Below are positions 26,101 through 39,512 of a stretch of 46,686 nt of DNA, piece after piece; the stretch's first letter is position 1; every line of letters starts with the position of its first letter. Source of the DNA: Octopus sinensis (lineage: Eukaryota); assembly GCF_006345805.1 (NCBI RefSeq), contig NW_021835037.1, forward strand, positions 1 through 46,686, in the 5' to 3' direction. The notes below the pieces were generated by a model. It did no database searches. It saw only the letters and a program-made list of their open reading frames with translations, and was not told the DNA's origin. A program made the position numbers and the translations under genes.

Positions 26101-27435
26101 CCACATAGTCCTCCGGGGTTATCTCCATTTTGTAGATGAGGCCCAAAAGACTTTACTCCAAACGCTGATGTGTGATATATTCGGTCGATGTACTACCCTG
26201 GACGAGAGAACTCTATAGGTATGTTTATGCAGTTGTTGCTGTTGAGAGTTTGATGAGGTCGGAGTGCAAATCCTTCTTCAACGACTTTTAGACGCTTTTT
26301 AACAAACAGAGATGAAGCGCTCGGTTTATTCTTTCCCGACAAAAGCCCTCATACCTGACCTGATCCTGATCGTGATTTAATCTGATCTGGGAATTACTTG
26401 TGTCTGTTGTAGTGTTGCACCTTTCAGGTTACTGACTCAAAATCAATCAAAACTAAGATCTTTACAGACTCTTCATGTCTATGTTAAACTACACCATGAC
26501 TGCATTGGCGCTATTTCACATTTTCACACTGAGTTGAATGCTAGTTTAGGTTGATTTGACTGTTATCACATGCAAGTGTACTTCTGTGTCATCAAAGCTC
26601 TGAAGAAAAAGAAAATAACAATCCAAACTGTTACTTAATATCAGAAAACAAGACAAACCCGTGTCTTTTGAGGAGACAGCATTTTCAAGCTGCTCCAAGA
26701 ATTCATAACCTTTCAAGACTTCCGTGTTTCTCACATAGAACTGTCAGAAAGGAATCTCTAACACGTCGGATTATGCTTGTAACAATTGGTTACTTCAAGA
26801 GGAACTATTACTAACCACTTGTTCCATTATTTCTTTCGTGGGCGATTTATATGTAATCGAAGCAAAAGCAGGCATTTTCAGTATTATTATAAAAATGTAA
26901 TGCATAATTCATCGCAGATATTGTAAAAATTCTGGAGACGAGAAACTGAATTTGTTTCTCCCTATAATTATACAAACACACTAAAGATATACTGCTCCAT
27001 TATCAGTGAAGCTTAAATAGGAAATGACATAGAAAAAAAATAATAATATAGAAATGTATATATACATACATATATTTGTGTGTGTGTGTATGTGTGTGTA
27101 TGTTTGTATTTATGCGTATTTATTTTGTTCGTTCGTTAAAATGTTGGCACGAATCACACGAGTATGTAAAGTAATGTGGCATATTAAATAATGGCTTCGT
27201 TTCCAGAGGCTACGAAGCTCACTCGGCGGACGTAATGTTGAGTGTCAGCCAAATGTAAACCTTTCATTTATATCTCAAGGCAATTATTGACTTACAAATA
27301 TATTTTGGCTATAACAATCTACAGATTCACTGAATGTAACACAGAGCAGGACCGTAAGAGAGAGAATAAAAAAAAACGGGTGCTATATCCCCATATTTTG
27401 GGATACCACTCGGAAAAAAAAAAAGCTATTGACAA

Positions 27436-27697
27436 TTCAGAACGTAGCGGCAGACGAAACACCTATTTCTTTATTACCCACAAGGGGCTAAACACAGAGA
27501 GGACAAACAAGGACTGACAAACGGTTTAAGTCGATTATATCGACCCCAGCGCGTAAATGGTACTTATTTAAACAACCCCGAAAAGATGAAAGGCAAAGTC
27601 GACCTCGGCGGAATTTGAACTCAAAACGTAGCGGCAGACGAAATACTGCAAAGCATTGCCACCCTGCATGCTAACGTTTCTGCCAGCTCGACGCCTT
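27436..27697 (-). mobile_element. SINE family 1 with the start of a second module
   Basis: Same tail-to-head junction (cagacgaaacacctatttctttattacccacaag) as at 10.47 kb. Confidence 0.8.
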
Positions 27698-27698
27698 A

Positions 27699-28193
27699 GA
27701 AATAGAGATAGATATTGAAAACAATATAATAAATTACCTAAGGAAAAAATTTACAATATATAAAAATTATATAAGAAGGTAAGACATTTCAGAGAGCAAA
27801 AAACTACATCACTAGAACAGATCAAAAATTTTCAATTATGTTTTAAGAATTAAAGATAAAGTCCTGTTATTAGAGGACGTCCATTCCATGGCCATTTCTG
27901 GAGTACATTTTCAGTAAGGTCAATAGTTCAAAAATTTATTTACAAGGATGAGTTAATCTTTAGAACTTTTCCCCTTACCGAAAATGTACTCCAGAAACGG
28001 CCTTTAAGGACTTTATCCTTAATTGTTAATCCTTAATCGGAAAGTTTTGATCAGTTCTATTAATATAAGTTTTACTCTCTGAACTGCCTTATCTTCTTAT
28101 ATTATATAATTTTTTATTCATATATTTATATATGTTGTATCTTTTTCTGTATAAGTATTTTATCATTTTATTTTCAATATCTGTCTCTATTTC
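27699..28193. repeat. Imperfect ~500-bp inverted repeat (foldback, MITE-like)
   Basis: Inner arms ggccatttctggagtacattttcagtaagg (27890-27919) and ccttaccgaaaatgtactccagaaacggcc (27973-28002), 28/30 complementary; patchy complementarity continues out to gaaatagaga (27699) / tctctatttc (28193). Confidence 0.85.
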
Positions 28194-28289
28194 TGTTAAT
28201 ATGTTCCTTTTCGTTTGCACTCACCATATTTATATCACAAATACTTTTACGTTCTTTTAATTAATATTTTCACTAATATACTTATATGT

Positions 28290-28410
28290 TATGCTTATAT
28301 ATATATATGTGTGTGTTTGTGTGTGTTTATATATGTGATATATATATATATGCATATAAATATATATGCATATATAATATATATACATATACACATATAT
28401 ATATATATAT

Positions 28411-28468
<58 letters not shown>

Positions 28469-28469
28469 G

Positions 28470-28552
<83 letters not shown>
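28290..28552. repeat. (TA)n-rich microsatellite
   Basis: Directly visible. Confidence 0.95.
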
Positions 28553-28554
<2 letters not shown>

Positions 28555-28764
28555 TTTATATTGATCTGTAGCAATATCTAAAAAAATTTTACATTTATGT
28601 TTCCGTTGGGAATTCACTGATTGACCTAAACTTCGATTATCGTTCGCCCCGGACTCATTTCGAGCACTTCTCAGTTACAATCCATATACCTAGAGAGAAA
28701 GACTTAATAGTATAATAGTATACACAAATATAAAAGCACGAATATGTATATATATATATATGTA

Positions 28765-28831
<67 letters not shown>

Positions 28832-29510
28832 TTCTACTCCTTATATATATAAATGTGTGGTGAGAGAGAGACAGAGAAAGAATTGTGTGTGTGTATGCGC
28901 ATTTACCCCCATTATCTATATTTCTATCTTCGATCACATCGTTTGCATAAAGTTATTTTTTATACAAAACGTCGTAGCTTCGAATGCTGACTTTAATTTC
29001 TATTGAAAATCTATGGAGATAACTTTAAAAAGGGGTCAATTCGTGCTGTTAATACAGGGGAAGCACAGCATGGACATATAAGCCATTCATATACTTGGTC
29101 GTATATTATGGTTCCATAACAAAAATACAGTGTCTCTACCAGTAATTAATGCCTATGTACCAGTTGCTAGGACTGTGTTTAGACACAAAAAATTGGTACA
29201 TTCAGTTGTGTAACTGGCTTTTAAAGCAATATGTTCAAGGATGGTTAAGGGGGTTGGATGTGGTCCTGAAGAAGGAGCAATGACTCCGGAAATGTGTATA
29301 TACACCCATCACCTATTTTTTCTATCTTTTCTATTTGCGTTAAGCAACTTCTATATTCTTACGTATTCATCTTTAACACAGTAAAGTGTTCCCAGTTGAT
29401 CTACTGTGGGTGAGCATTCGGAACCCTTATTGTTAGGGATCCCCAGAACCATAATGAGGAAATGGCTGAAAGAGCTATTATATATAAAACCTGTGTTGAT
29501 ACTCATTTGT

Positions 29511-29555
<45 letters not shown>

Positions 29556-31234
29556 GTATATATATATATATATGTAACTTGTGAACTTGGTTTGGAAGAT
29601 GCTTGCGGTGGAATTGTCTTCGAACAGATGTTCTGTTAGGGAAGAATAGGTATATATACACATAATGGTGGTAGTGGTGGGGTAATCGAATTGTTAACAC
29701 GTATAGAAGAACAATCAATCACGTGACTACAGACCTAAGCTCTGACTAAATCACTCAGACACACAGAAAAGAATCTGAAAGCCAAACGGAACACCCCCTC
29801 CCCACCCCACATACATATTCTAAAAGCTTCAAATATAATTATACAACGCAGTATAACCTGTTTCGATACGTTGCAATAGATTTGAAACAGAATGACGTGC
29901 GTCATTGATGAGGTTGCGATTGGCAACAAAAGAACTTTGAGAAATCAATTGATTAATTCATCAGTTACTTTGGTTAATTAGTTAACTAGTTTACTAGTTG
30001 ACTAGTCATAATAAAGAAACAGAGAAGCAAAGCAGAAGCATTGAGTGTTCTCACTGGCAAAATGCCGCTCCTTACACACACGATTCTACTCACTAAATAT
30101 ACACACATCTACACACACACACTTCATGCGTGTGTGTATAAATAATAAATCATAGAACTTCAAACGATCATCGTGCTAAGTGTTGACGGGGAAAACGTCA
30201 AGTCTACATTTGTTTCATGTATTGAGTATTCAATTCAAAAGAAGACAAATTCAATAAATGAGCCACATTCAGCGACGTTATTTTGATAGAATGGAATAAT
30301 ATAATACGCTACACTATATAATTTAATATAAAACAATGTAAAATAATATCATATAATGTAATGTAATATGAAATAAACTATGATATAATATGATATATTA
30401 TAATATATATATATATACGAGATGCTGAGAGACTTTTCAACTAACTTTACAGCCTGAGTTCAAATGCCGACGGGATCGACTTTGCCATTCGGGGTGGATA
30501 GAATAAATACCCGTTAAACACTGGAGTCGATGTAACACACACAAACACACACGAACACACATATAGATATATATATATATAAAGATATATAGTTGTATAT
30601 ACACACGCACATCTATAATAACAGACGCGGATATATATTTTGATCAGTCTTTCTTCTCTTTAATTGTAATTATTTCGCTTTTCTGTGTAGACTTATTTCC
30701 TACCCTTTTTAGGATTTTGATCTTTACTGGACACAGGTTTTAGTTCTTCCAAAATGTGCTTCCAGTTCCATAATTGATTCCCCCCTTTTAAGTGAAGGTT
30801 CTTAAACCGAATGAACGGTCCCTTCATTCGTCTCTTTATTTTCTTTCTCTTTAAACATGTTTTCGTCCTTCTATTCAATTTTTAGACTTCACCCCACTTC
30901 TGACCTTCACCTCATATGCCTTTAAATCTTTCCCCGTATTCACCTTTCCATTAGTGTTTGTTCCCGTAATCCCCTGTATTTTTTTATTTATGACTGTATA
31001 ATCTTAAACATGCGGTCGGCAAACAGAGCAATCCGATTTGCTAATTCCTCGTCAGACGAGGATCTCTGAATATTCCTGTTCCTGGCATTTCACGTTTCAT
31101 GCTTCATACCAGTCGTTGCTAGTTTTGGTTTATTGCATTTTTATTTATTTTCCTATAATTATTGCCTCATTATATACGCCTCCTCGCATGATGTCTATTC
31201 TAGCATCGACCATTCGCCGGATCTTAATGTTACG

Positions 31235-31390
31235 TGGCTGTGTGGTAAGAAGCTGGCTTCCCAACCACATGGTTCCGAATTCGGTCTCACTGCATGGCAC
31301 CTTGGGTTTGTCGCTTCTACTATTGCCTTGGACCGACCAAAGCCTTATGAGTGGATTTGGTAGAGGAAAACTGGAGGAAACTCGTCGTAT
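31235..31390 (+). mobile_element. SINE family 2
   Basis: gtgtggtaagaagctggcttcccaaccacatggttccgaattcggtctcactgcatggcaccttggg...gtggatttggtagaggaaaactg. Confidence 0.75.
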
Positions 31391-31394
31391 ACAT

Positions 31395-31503
<109 letters not shown>

Positions 31504-31600
31504 ATATGTGTATATATATACATACATACACACGCACACACATATATATGCATATATATATATGTGTGTGTGTGTACGTACGTGTACGTATGTGTGTCTA

Positions 31601-31637
<37 letters not shown>

Positions 31638-32500
31638 ACACACATATGTACATACAAACAATACAAACATACACGTATGTAAACATATTTTCTTAGTGGG
31701 TAAATCGTATTTTTTTCGGGTACAACAAAATATATAAATCGATGAGTCATTTTTCTTGAAGGCAACATCGTGTGGGAGCTAAAGGCAGATTTGTCTTCAA
31801 TGTAGAGCAGCTGAAACGATCCATTAAAATATATGAAAAAAACATGCAGTACATATCACAAACCGAAGCTGGTATATTAAACTACGGATTATTGCAGCCG
31901 CATCTTTTAAAGAGACAACTGGTGTTTTTCTGATGACGATTTTACAGAAAATAATCCCAGAGAATATCTAACACTTAGAAAATGAAGCAAGGAACTTCCT
32001 TTTATACTCCATGGATTTTAACAATTGTAATATGTGGAACATCTAACGAGCAAGAACTGACGCTCTCGTTTCGCTTTTTACTGAAATAACCTCTTATTCT
32101 TTCTTATAGTTTAATCTAGATTTCTCGTTACACTGTGATTGAAGAAAGAATTCTAAGCAAAGGCGGAAGCGCTTTTGATCTTGGATCTTCAATTGAAGAA
32201 ATACCTGAGGTTAAATGATAATTGAAATGAAAAGAGATACAATCATAGAGAATCTGGTGCCAATTATTACGAGTGTTCCCTTGAAAGAAGTACCTTTAAG
32301 GAGAGAAGATGAAATTGTTAAACATGTGTGGATCAAGGGCGTATTAAGAGTTTCAGATAACGAAATTTAATCTCTCACAACCTGCTGCTCGGTAAAAATC
32401 TAATATTAAGTACACATACAGTGTGATCCTCACTCCTCACCACACATACACTAACACACACATAACCACATATACGCACAAAGACACACACACACACACA

Positions 32501-32546
<46 letters not shown>

Positions 32547-32773
32547 ACTCACACACAGGCCGCGTACGTATCAGAAATACGCAAACACATTTCACATGCA
32601 TGCGTGTAAGCATATATACAGAGAAATATAATTAAAGTGCCACACACGAAACTGTCGGCCCATGAGTCACTCTTTCGCTTCTGCTACATATTAATAGATA
32701 TATACATACAATTAAATATATATGTGTGAACACATACAAACGTAGATATACACACACACATGTAGATACACAT

Positions 32774-32822
<49 letters not shown>

Positions 32823-32918
32823 GGAGTAAACACATAAATGTGAAACAAGGTGGAAAAAAGAGTACTCAAATACCAGTGGTAGAGTAATATGCTTTATTTT
32901 AAGCAGCAGAAAATTCAA

Positions 32919-32968
32919 CAAAATCTGTTACTCTGAGTTTCTCGTTGCCGTTCATCAGACAGTTCTTG
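32919..32968 (-). ncRNA. Minimal type I hammerhead ribozyme motif (unit A)
   Basis: CAAGA-A-CUGU CUGAUGA A-CG(GCAA)CG-A GAAA CUC-A-GAG UA^ACAG-A-UUUUG; intact core, GUA cleavage triplet, stem I 9/10 paired, palindromic stem III. Confidence 0.8.
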
Positions 32969-33969
32969 CTAGAATGGAACATATATATTAATTCAATCTA
33001 TACTCTTACAAACGCTACACCTTTAAAAGAAATGGACTTGTTTGATTGGCCCTTTAAAAAAACGGTCAATCTTCGAGCGATAAACAAAAAGGTCAAAAAT
33101 ATATGTATATATATATAAAAACTTATAAAAATTATAAAATCCGAGGAAAATACCGAGGAAAAAACCTGTTGCCGTTAATGAAGACAGTACAAATTAATGC
33201 ATAGAAATTAAACCTGTTATAAATACTGCAATACATATTTATATTAAAATCCACATATATATATCAACATACACAAAAGGATGCGCGTAAACGCCATACA
33301 TACATATACAGACGTATGAATATGAATCTAAATTATACACATAAAAGCATGTGTACATATATTCACGCAAAACGTCTCGCACGCAAGCTAAAATTCATCT
33401 ATGTAGCAATTCTCATATACTGAGCAAGGAGGGGGAACGAAAGAAAGGGAAAGAGAGAAAAAGGAACGAAGGAGGGGTGGGGAAAAAAATTTGTAGCGAT
33501 GTTATTTGGCATCTATAGAGGCCAGTATACATACACAAGTTTGAATCGATACATATACATACCGTCGTGTGTATGCGTGCTTAAGCACAAGCATACTTTC
33601 ACTTACACATACACAGATACGTATGCTTACAAATACATATGCTTTGCTATACACAAACTTATATAAACATTCTAAATTTGACAACATTGCTTTTTTATAT
33701 AAAAACATTGCTTTTAAAAATTCGGTGCATTAATAAAAATATATACGAAAGACCTATAAAATAAAATATAACATCCTATTTTGGGTCATTTATAAATAAT
33801 CAAGGTAATATAAATAATCAAGGTAATCTTATGCAATACAATAACATGAAACCAAGTTTGTAGGTTTTTCCTAATATATATGTAGAAACAATAAGACTTT
33901 GCTATAGGTCCGTTGCAGCGCTCAAGAGTCAAAATCAAAATCAAAAAATCAAAATACAAAATATATACT

Positions 33970-36103
33970 CTATCCATATGGTATATTTATATTCGACATT
34001 TTAAATTTAGCCTTGTGCCTACATAAGTTCATTAATTCACTTCTTTGATTCAAAGAATTATTGTCTTTGAATAATATATGCATTTTTTCTAATAAGCAAA
34101 GCTTGCACTTGAAATTATATTTGTAAGCTCCATGCCTGTATGGTGCCGCCCTGTCCAGAATGCTCCATGTCACGTTGAAAGGTGGGGCTTCCTTTTCTTT
34201 TAGTTCCCAGACATATTTTGCTAGGCTGGTTTTCTTTCTATTCTCTGGGTATTTAAAAGAATTCTTATGAGAATAAAATCTTGTTTTAAATGAATTTTCT
34301 GAAGCCCCTGTGTATGTCTTGTATTCTGATGAGCCTTCCACTTGCACCTTGGCTCTATAAACTACTCCTTTCACTAGACATTTCCCTTCTAACGGACAGG
34401 AGCTTTCGTTTTTGCAATTACATTTCTTAATGGGCTCGGCACCATGTCTAATCTCAATTAGCTTCCTATTATGTTGGCTAATGTAAGAGGCGAAATTTCT
34501 GCAACAAGAATAGCTAACCTTCAGGGTTCTTCTATTAAATATTCTGTAGAATTTATGACCCTGCCTAAAATGCTTAGAGACTAATCTCAAAAATTCCTTA
34601 CCTATATTAGTCTTTACGGCCAAATTGAAAGCCGGGTTGAACCACAAAACTTTCCTAGTCCTAGTTCTTCGTGCAGCATTATTATTAGCATTAAGCTGGT
34701 TGAACTGGATCTTCTCCGAGAATCCACTATTCTTTAATGCGCTATCGTAATAAGGTGCAGCATTATGGAATGCTGCCTCGTCCGAAGAAATTGAAGATAT
34801 TCTTCTACCTACATTGCTGACTAAGTTGCTAAGGATAACTGGTGGATGGTTCGAATCTTTGCTAATATACGATAGCTTTTCATTGGGCTTACGGAAAGGT
34901 TTAAATCTATCCGATCTTACATTAAAATTACGTCTAAAAAATCTACACTATTCAGGTTAGTATCTATCGTAATCCGTAAGCCCATCCTTTGAAAGAAAGC
35001 TATAAGGTCCTTCCTAAGTCTATCTGATTCATGGCCGTTTAGATTATGCGTGGCTATAAGGCCGTCATCCCTATATAGACCTGCATCTATAAATGGGAAT
35101 TCTATTTTTAGATTATGGAGAATAAAGGCTCCTATGAGCATACATAATTCAGCCCCGTCGTATGCCCCCATCGGTACATCGAAAAGAGAATCCTCAGTCT
35201 TCTTAATCCAGGTGGAATCCTCGAAAAACAGAAGCGATTTCCTCGCATGCATAATAATTTCAATTTCCGAGCTATCGATGTTGACATACTGCTTGGCGAA
35301 GTCCAATGCCCTTAGGAGCAACGTCCTAGATATCGACGGGTAAAAGTCAATAATGTCGAATTGTGTGAAACTACAATTATTCTTATAGCTAATACCTTTA
35401 AACCACTCTATAACTGACTTACTATTCTTCCAAATTCTCAAGTCTACTTCACTATCTAATTTAACTAAAATACGGTCTAAAATATTTTTGCTAATAATTC
35501 CTATCTCAGTTTTAGCCGGATTTATCAATCTACATTTGGGGTTTCTACTAAAATTGTCTTTATGGTCTTTCAGAGTAATAAAAGCTGGTCGTGGTGAAAG
35601 GTATTCAATCCTATCGCTAATCTTAAGATCGTTAGCTATTCCTCTTGCTTCTAAGTTCACCTCTTTGTATATATTCGTGTTGTCTTTTTTGTACGTGTCC
35701 GTGACACTATTCGAAATCAGGCGTTTATAAACGTCCTTATCAAGTGCATATAAGTTCCTTGTCTTGTCAGAATTAACGAAGATCTTATTCGAGCCGTTAA
35801 TTTCCTTATTTTTTCTCTCATGTTTTTTTGCAATTGGTTGGTAAATTTGCGGAATTTAATTTTCCTAATAAGCTCGAAAAGGTCTTTCTCGAAGGCTTCT
35901 AATTCCGGAATCGGTGGTGGGTTTTCTGGAGATTTAAATCCATATTTGTTACCTTCTATTTTCTGTTTATTATCAAAGAAGAAGGCTTTCCATCTCAGTC
36001 TTCTAATAAACTCTTCTGTTTTCTCTATAAGACCTTTGATATATTGTTTCTGTGCAGGGATAGGTATATTTTTCTGAGAAAAATCCAGCGGGTAAAGTTC
36101 CAT
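33970..36103 (-). CDS. PLE polyprotein: reverse transcriptase plus GIY-YIG endonuclease (two apparent -1 frameshifts in this copy; consensus ~711 aa)
   Basis: NIPIP...RRLRWKAFFF, FITLKDHK, QFDIIDFYPSI, FDVPMGAYDGAELC, GLYRDDG (35061-35087), CNCKNESSCPLEGKC linker, VVYRAKV...YTG, CKLC...CRH. Frameshifts at ~35810 and ~34925 lie in homopolymers and are in frame in unit B. Confidence 0.9.
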
Positions 36104-36268
36104 CTTTTTCAGCTGTTTGTTCTTCCTACTTGTGCAGAGTCGCTCAAACTTTTACAAGGAGCGGGGTAGACCGGAGTAAACACATAAATGTGAAACAAGG
36201 TGGAAAAAAGAGTACTCAAATACCAGTGGTAGAGTAATATGCTTTATTTTAAGCAGCAGAAAATTCAA

Positions 36269-36319
36269 CAAAATCTGTTACTCTGAGTTTCTCGTGCGCC
36301 GTTCATCAGACAGTTCTTG
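36269..36319 (-). ncRNA. Hammerhead motif (unit B)
   Basis: Same core; stem II reads differently (ctcgtgcgccgttc on +), possibly a sequence error. Confidence 0.65.
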
Positions 36320-37321
36320 CTAGAATGGAACATATATATTAATTCAATCTATACTCTTACAAACGCTACACCTTTAAAAAGAAATGGACTTGGTTGATTG
36401 GCCCTTTAGAAAAAACGGTCCAATCTCGAGCGATAAACAAAAAGGTCAAAAATATATATATATAAAAAAACTTATAAAAATTATAAAATCCGAGGAAAAT
36501 ACCGAGGAAAAAAACTGTTGCCGTTAATGAAGACAGTACAAATTAATGCATAGAATTAACCTGTTAAAATACTGCAATACATATTTATATTAAAATCCAA
36601 CATATATATATCAACATACACAAAAGGATGGCGCGTAAACGCCATACATCATATACAGACGTATGAATATGAATCTAAATTATACACATAAAAGCATGTG
36701 TACATTATTCACGCAAAACGTCTCGCAGCAAGCTAAAATTCATCTATGTAGCAATTCTCATATACTGAGCAAGGAGGGGGAACGAAAGAAAGGGGAAGAG
36801 AGAAAAAGGAACGAAGGAGGGGTGGGGAAAAAAATTTGTTAGCGATGTTATTTGGCATCTATAGAGGCCAGTATACATACACAAGTTTGAATCGATACAT
36901 ATACATACCGTCGTGTGTATGCGTGCTTAAGCACAAGCATACTTTCACTTACACATACACAGATACGTATGCTTACAAATACATATGCTTTGCTATACAC
37001 AAACTTATATAAACATTCTAAATTTGACAACATTGCTTTTTTTATATAAAAAAAACATTGCTTTTAAAAATTCGGTGCATTAATAAAAATATATACGAAA
37101 GACCTATAAAATAAAATATAACATCCTATTTTGGGTCATTTATAAATAATCAAGGTAATATAAATAATCAAGGTAATCTTATGCAATACAATAACATGAA
37201 AACAAAGTTTGTAGGTTTTTCCTAATATATATGTAGAAACAATAAGACTTTGCTATAAGGTCCGTTGCAGCGCTCAAGAGTCAAAATCAAAATCAAAAAA
37301 TCAAAATACAAAATATATACT

Positions 37322-39447
37322 CTATCCATATGGTATATTTATATTCGACATTTTAAATTTAGCCTTGTGCCTACATAAGTTCATTAATTCACTTCTTTGA
37401 TTCAAAGAATTATTGTCTTTGAATAATATATGCATTTTTTCTAATAAGCAAAGCTTGCACTTGAAATTATATTTGTAAGCTCCATGCCTGTATGGTGCCG
37501 CCCTGTCCAGAATGCTCCATGTCACGTTGAAAGGTGGGGCTTCCTTTTCTTTTAGTTCCCAGACATATTTTGCTAGGCTGGTTGTTTTCTTTCTATTCTC
37601 TGGGTATTTAAAAGAATTCTTATGAGAATAAAATCTTGTTTTAAATGAATTTTCTGAAGCCCCTGTGTATGTCTTGTATTCTGATGAGCCTTCCACTTGC
37701 ACCTTGGCTCTATAAACTACTCCTTTCACTAGACATTTCCCTTCTAACGGACAGGAGCTTTGTTTTTTAATTACATTTCTTAATGGGCTCGGCACCATGT
37801 CTAATCTCAATTAGCTTCCTATTATGTTGGCTAATGTAAGAGGCGAAATTTCTGCAACAAGAATAGCTAACCTTCAGGGTTCTTCTATTAAATATTCTGT
37901 AGAATTTATGACCCTGCCTAAAATGCTTAGAGACTAATCTCAAAAATTCCTTACCTATATTAGTCTTTACGGCCAAATTGAAAGCCGGGTTGAACCACAA
38001 AACTTTCCTAGTCCTAGTTCTTCGTGCAGCATTATTATTAGCATTAAGCTGGTTGAACTGGATCTTCTCCGAGAATCCACTATTCTTTAATGCGCTATCG
38101 TAATAAGGTGCAGCATTATGGAATGCTGCCTCGTCCGAAGAAATTGAAGATATTCTTCTACCTACATTGCTGACTAAGTTGCTAAGGATAACTGGTGGAT
38201 GGTTCGAATCTTTGCTAATATACGATAGCTTTTCATTGGGCTTACGGAAAGGTTTAAATCTATCCGATCTTACATTAAAATTTACGTCTAAAAAATCTAC
38301 ACTATTCAGGTTAGTATCTATCGTAATCCGTAAGCCCATCCTTTGAAAGAAGCTATAAGGTCCTTCCTAAGTCTATCTGATTCATGGCCGTTTAGATTAT
38401 GCGTTGCTATAAGGCCGTCATCCCTATATAGACTGCATCTATAAATGGGAATTCTATTTTTAGATTATGGAGAATAAAGGCTCCTATGAGCATACATAAT
38501 TCAGCCCCGTCGTATGCCCCCATCGGTACATCGAAAAGAGAATCCTCAGTCTTCTTAATCCAGGTGGAATCCTCGAAAAACAGAAGCGATTTCCTCGCAT
38601 GCATAATAATTTCAATTTCCGAGCTATCGATGTTGACATACTGCTTGGCGAAGTCCAATGCCCTTAGGAGCAACGTCCTAGATATCGACGGGTAAAAGTC
38701 AATAATGTCGAATTGTGTGAAACTACAATTATTCTTATAGCTAATACCTTTAAACCACTCTATAACTGACTTACTATTCTTCCAAATTCTCAAGTCTACT
38801 TCACTATCTAATTTAACTAAAATACGGTCTAAAATATTTTTGCTAATAATTCCTATCTCAGTTTTAGCCGGATTATCAATCTACATTTGGGGTTTCTACT
38901 AAAATTGTCTTTATGGTCTTTCAGAGTAATAAAAGCTGGTCGTGGTGAAAGGTATTCAATCCTATCGCTAATCTTAAGATCGTTAGCTATTCCTCTTGCT
39001 TCTAAGTTCACCTCTTTGTATATATTCGTGTTGTCTTTTTTGTACTGTCCGTGACACTATTCGAAATCAGGCGTTTATAAACGTCCTTATCAAGTGCATA
39101 TAAGTTCCTTGTCTTGTCAGAATAACGAAGATCTTATTCGAGCCGTTAATTTCCTTATTTTTCTCTCTCATGTTTTTTTGCAATGGTTGGTAAATTTGCG
39201 GAATTTAATTTTCCTAATAAGCTCGAAAAGGTCTTTCTCGAAGGCTTCTAATTCCGGAATCGGTGGTGGGTTTCTGGAGATTTAAATCCATATTTGTTAC
39301 CTTCTATTTTCTGTTTATTCAAAGAAGAAGGCTTTCCATCTCAGTCTTCTAATAACTCTTCTGTTTTCTCTATAAGACCTTTGATATTTGTTTTCTGTGC
39401 AGGGATAGGTATATTTTTTGAGAAAAATCCAGCGGGTAAAGTTCCAT
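37322..39447 (-). pseudogene. PLE RT/GIY-YIG ORF, unit B (several 1-nt indels)
   Basis: ORF-track fragments 38407-38793, 37767-38339 and 37322-37810 encode essentially the same peptide as unit A. Confidence 0.85.
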
Positions 39448-39512
39448 CTTTTTCAGCTGTTTGTTCTTCTACTTGTGCAGAGTCGCTCAAACTTTTACAA
39501 GGAGCGGTTAGA

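Larger units (their letters stand above)
32821..36170 (-). repeat. PLE unit A (3350 bp)
   Basis: Near-identical to 36171-39512. Confidence 0.95.
36171..39512 (-). repeat. PLE unit B (3342 bp)
   Basis: Differs from unit A mainly by scattered 1-nt indels. Confidence 0.95.

Noticed and set aside
28645-28680. Minus-strand ctgagaagtgctcgaaatgagtc as a hammerhead
   Set aside because: The core is imperfect and there is no stem I complementarity.
33502-33708. 68-aa ORF in the PLE 3' region, repeated at 36848-37033
   Set aside because: It recurs only because the units are near-identical. It has no recognisable motif and its start differs between copies.
35050-36077. Antisense ORFs overlapping the PLE RT
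   Set aside because: Short shadow ORFs of a coding strand, with no independent evidence.
33970-36103. Selenoprotein-type PLE (in-frame UGA at conserved Cys, reported for some Naiad elements)
   Set aside because: The linker and C-terminal cysteines checked (CNC..C, CKLC, SCC) use TGT/TGC, the ORF breaks are frameshifts rather than UGA, and the stop is TAG.
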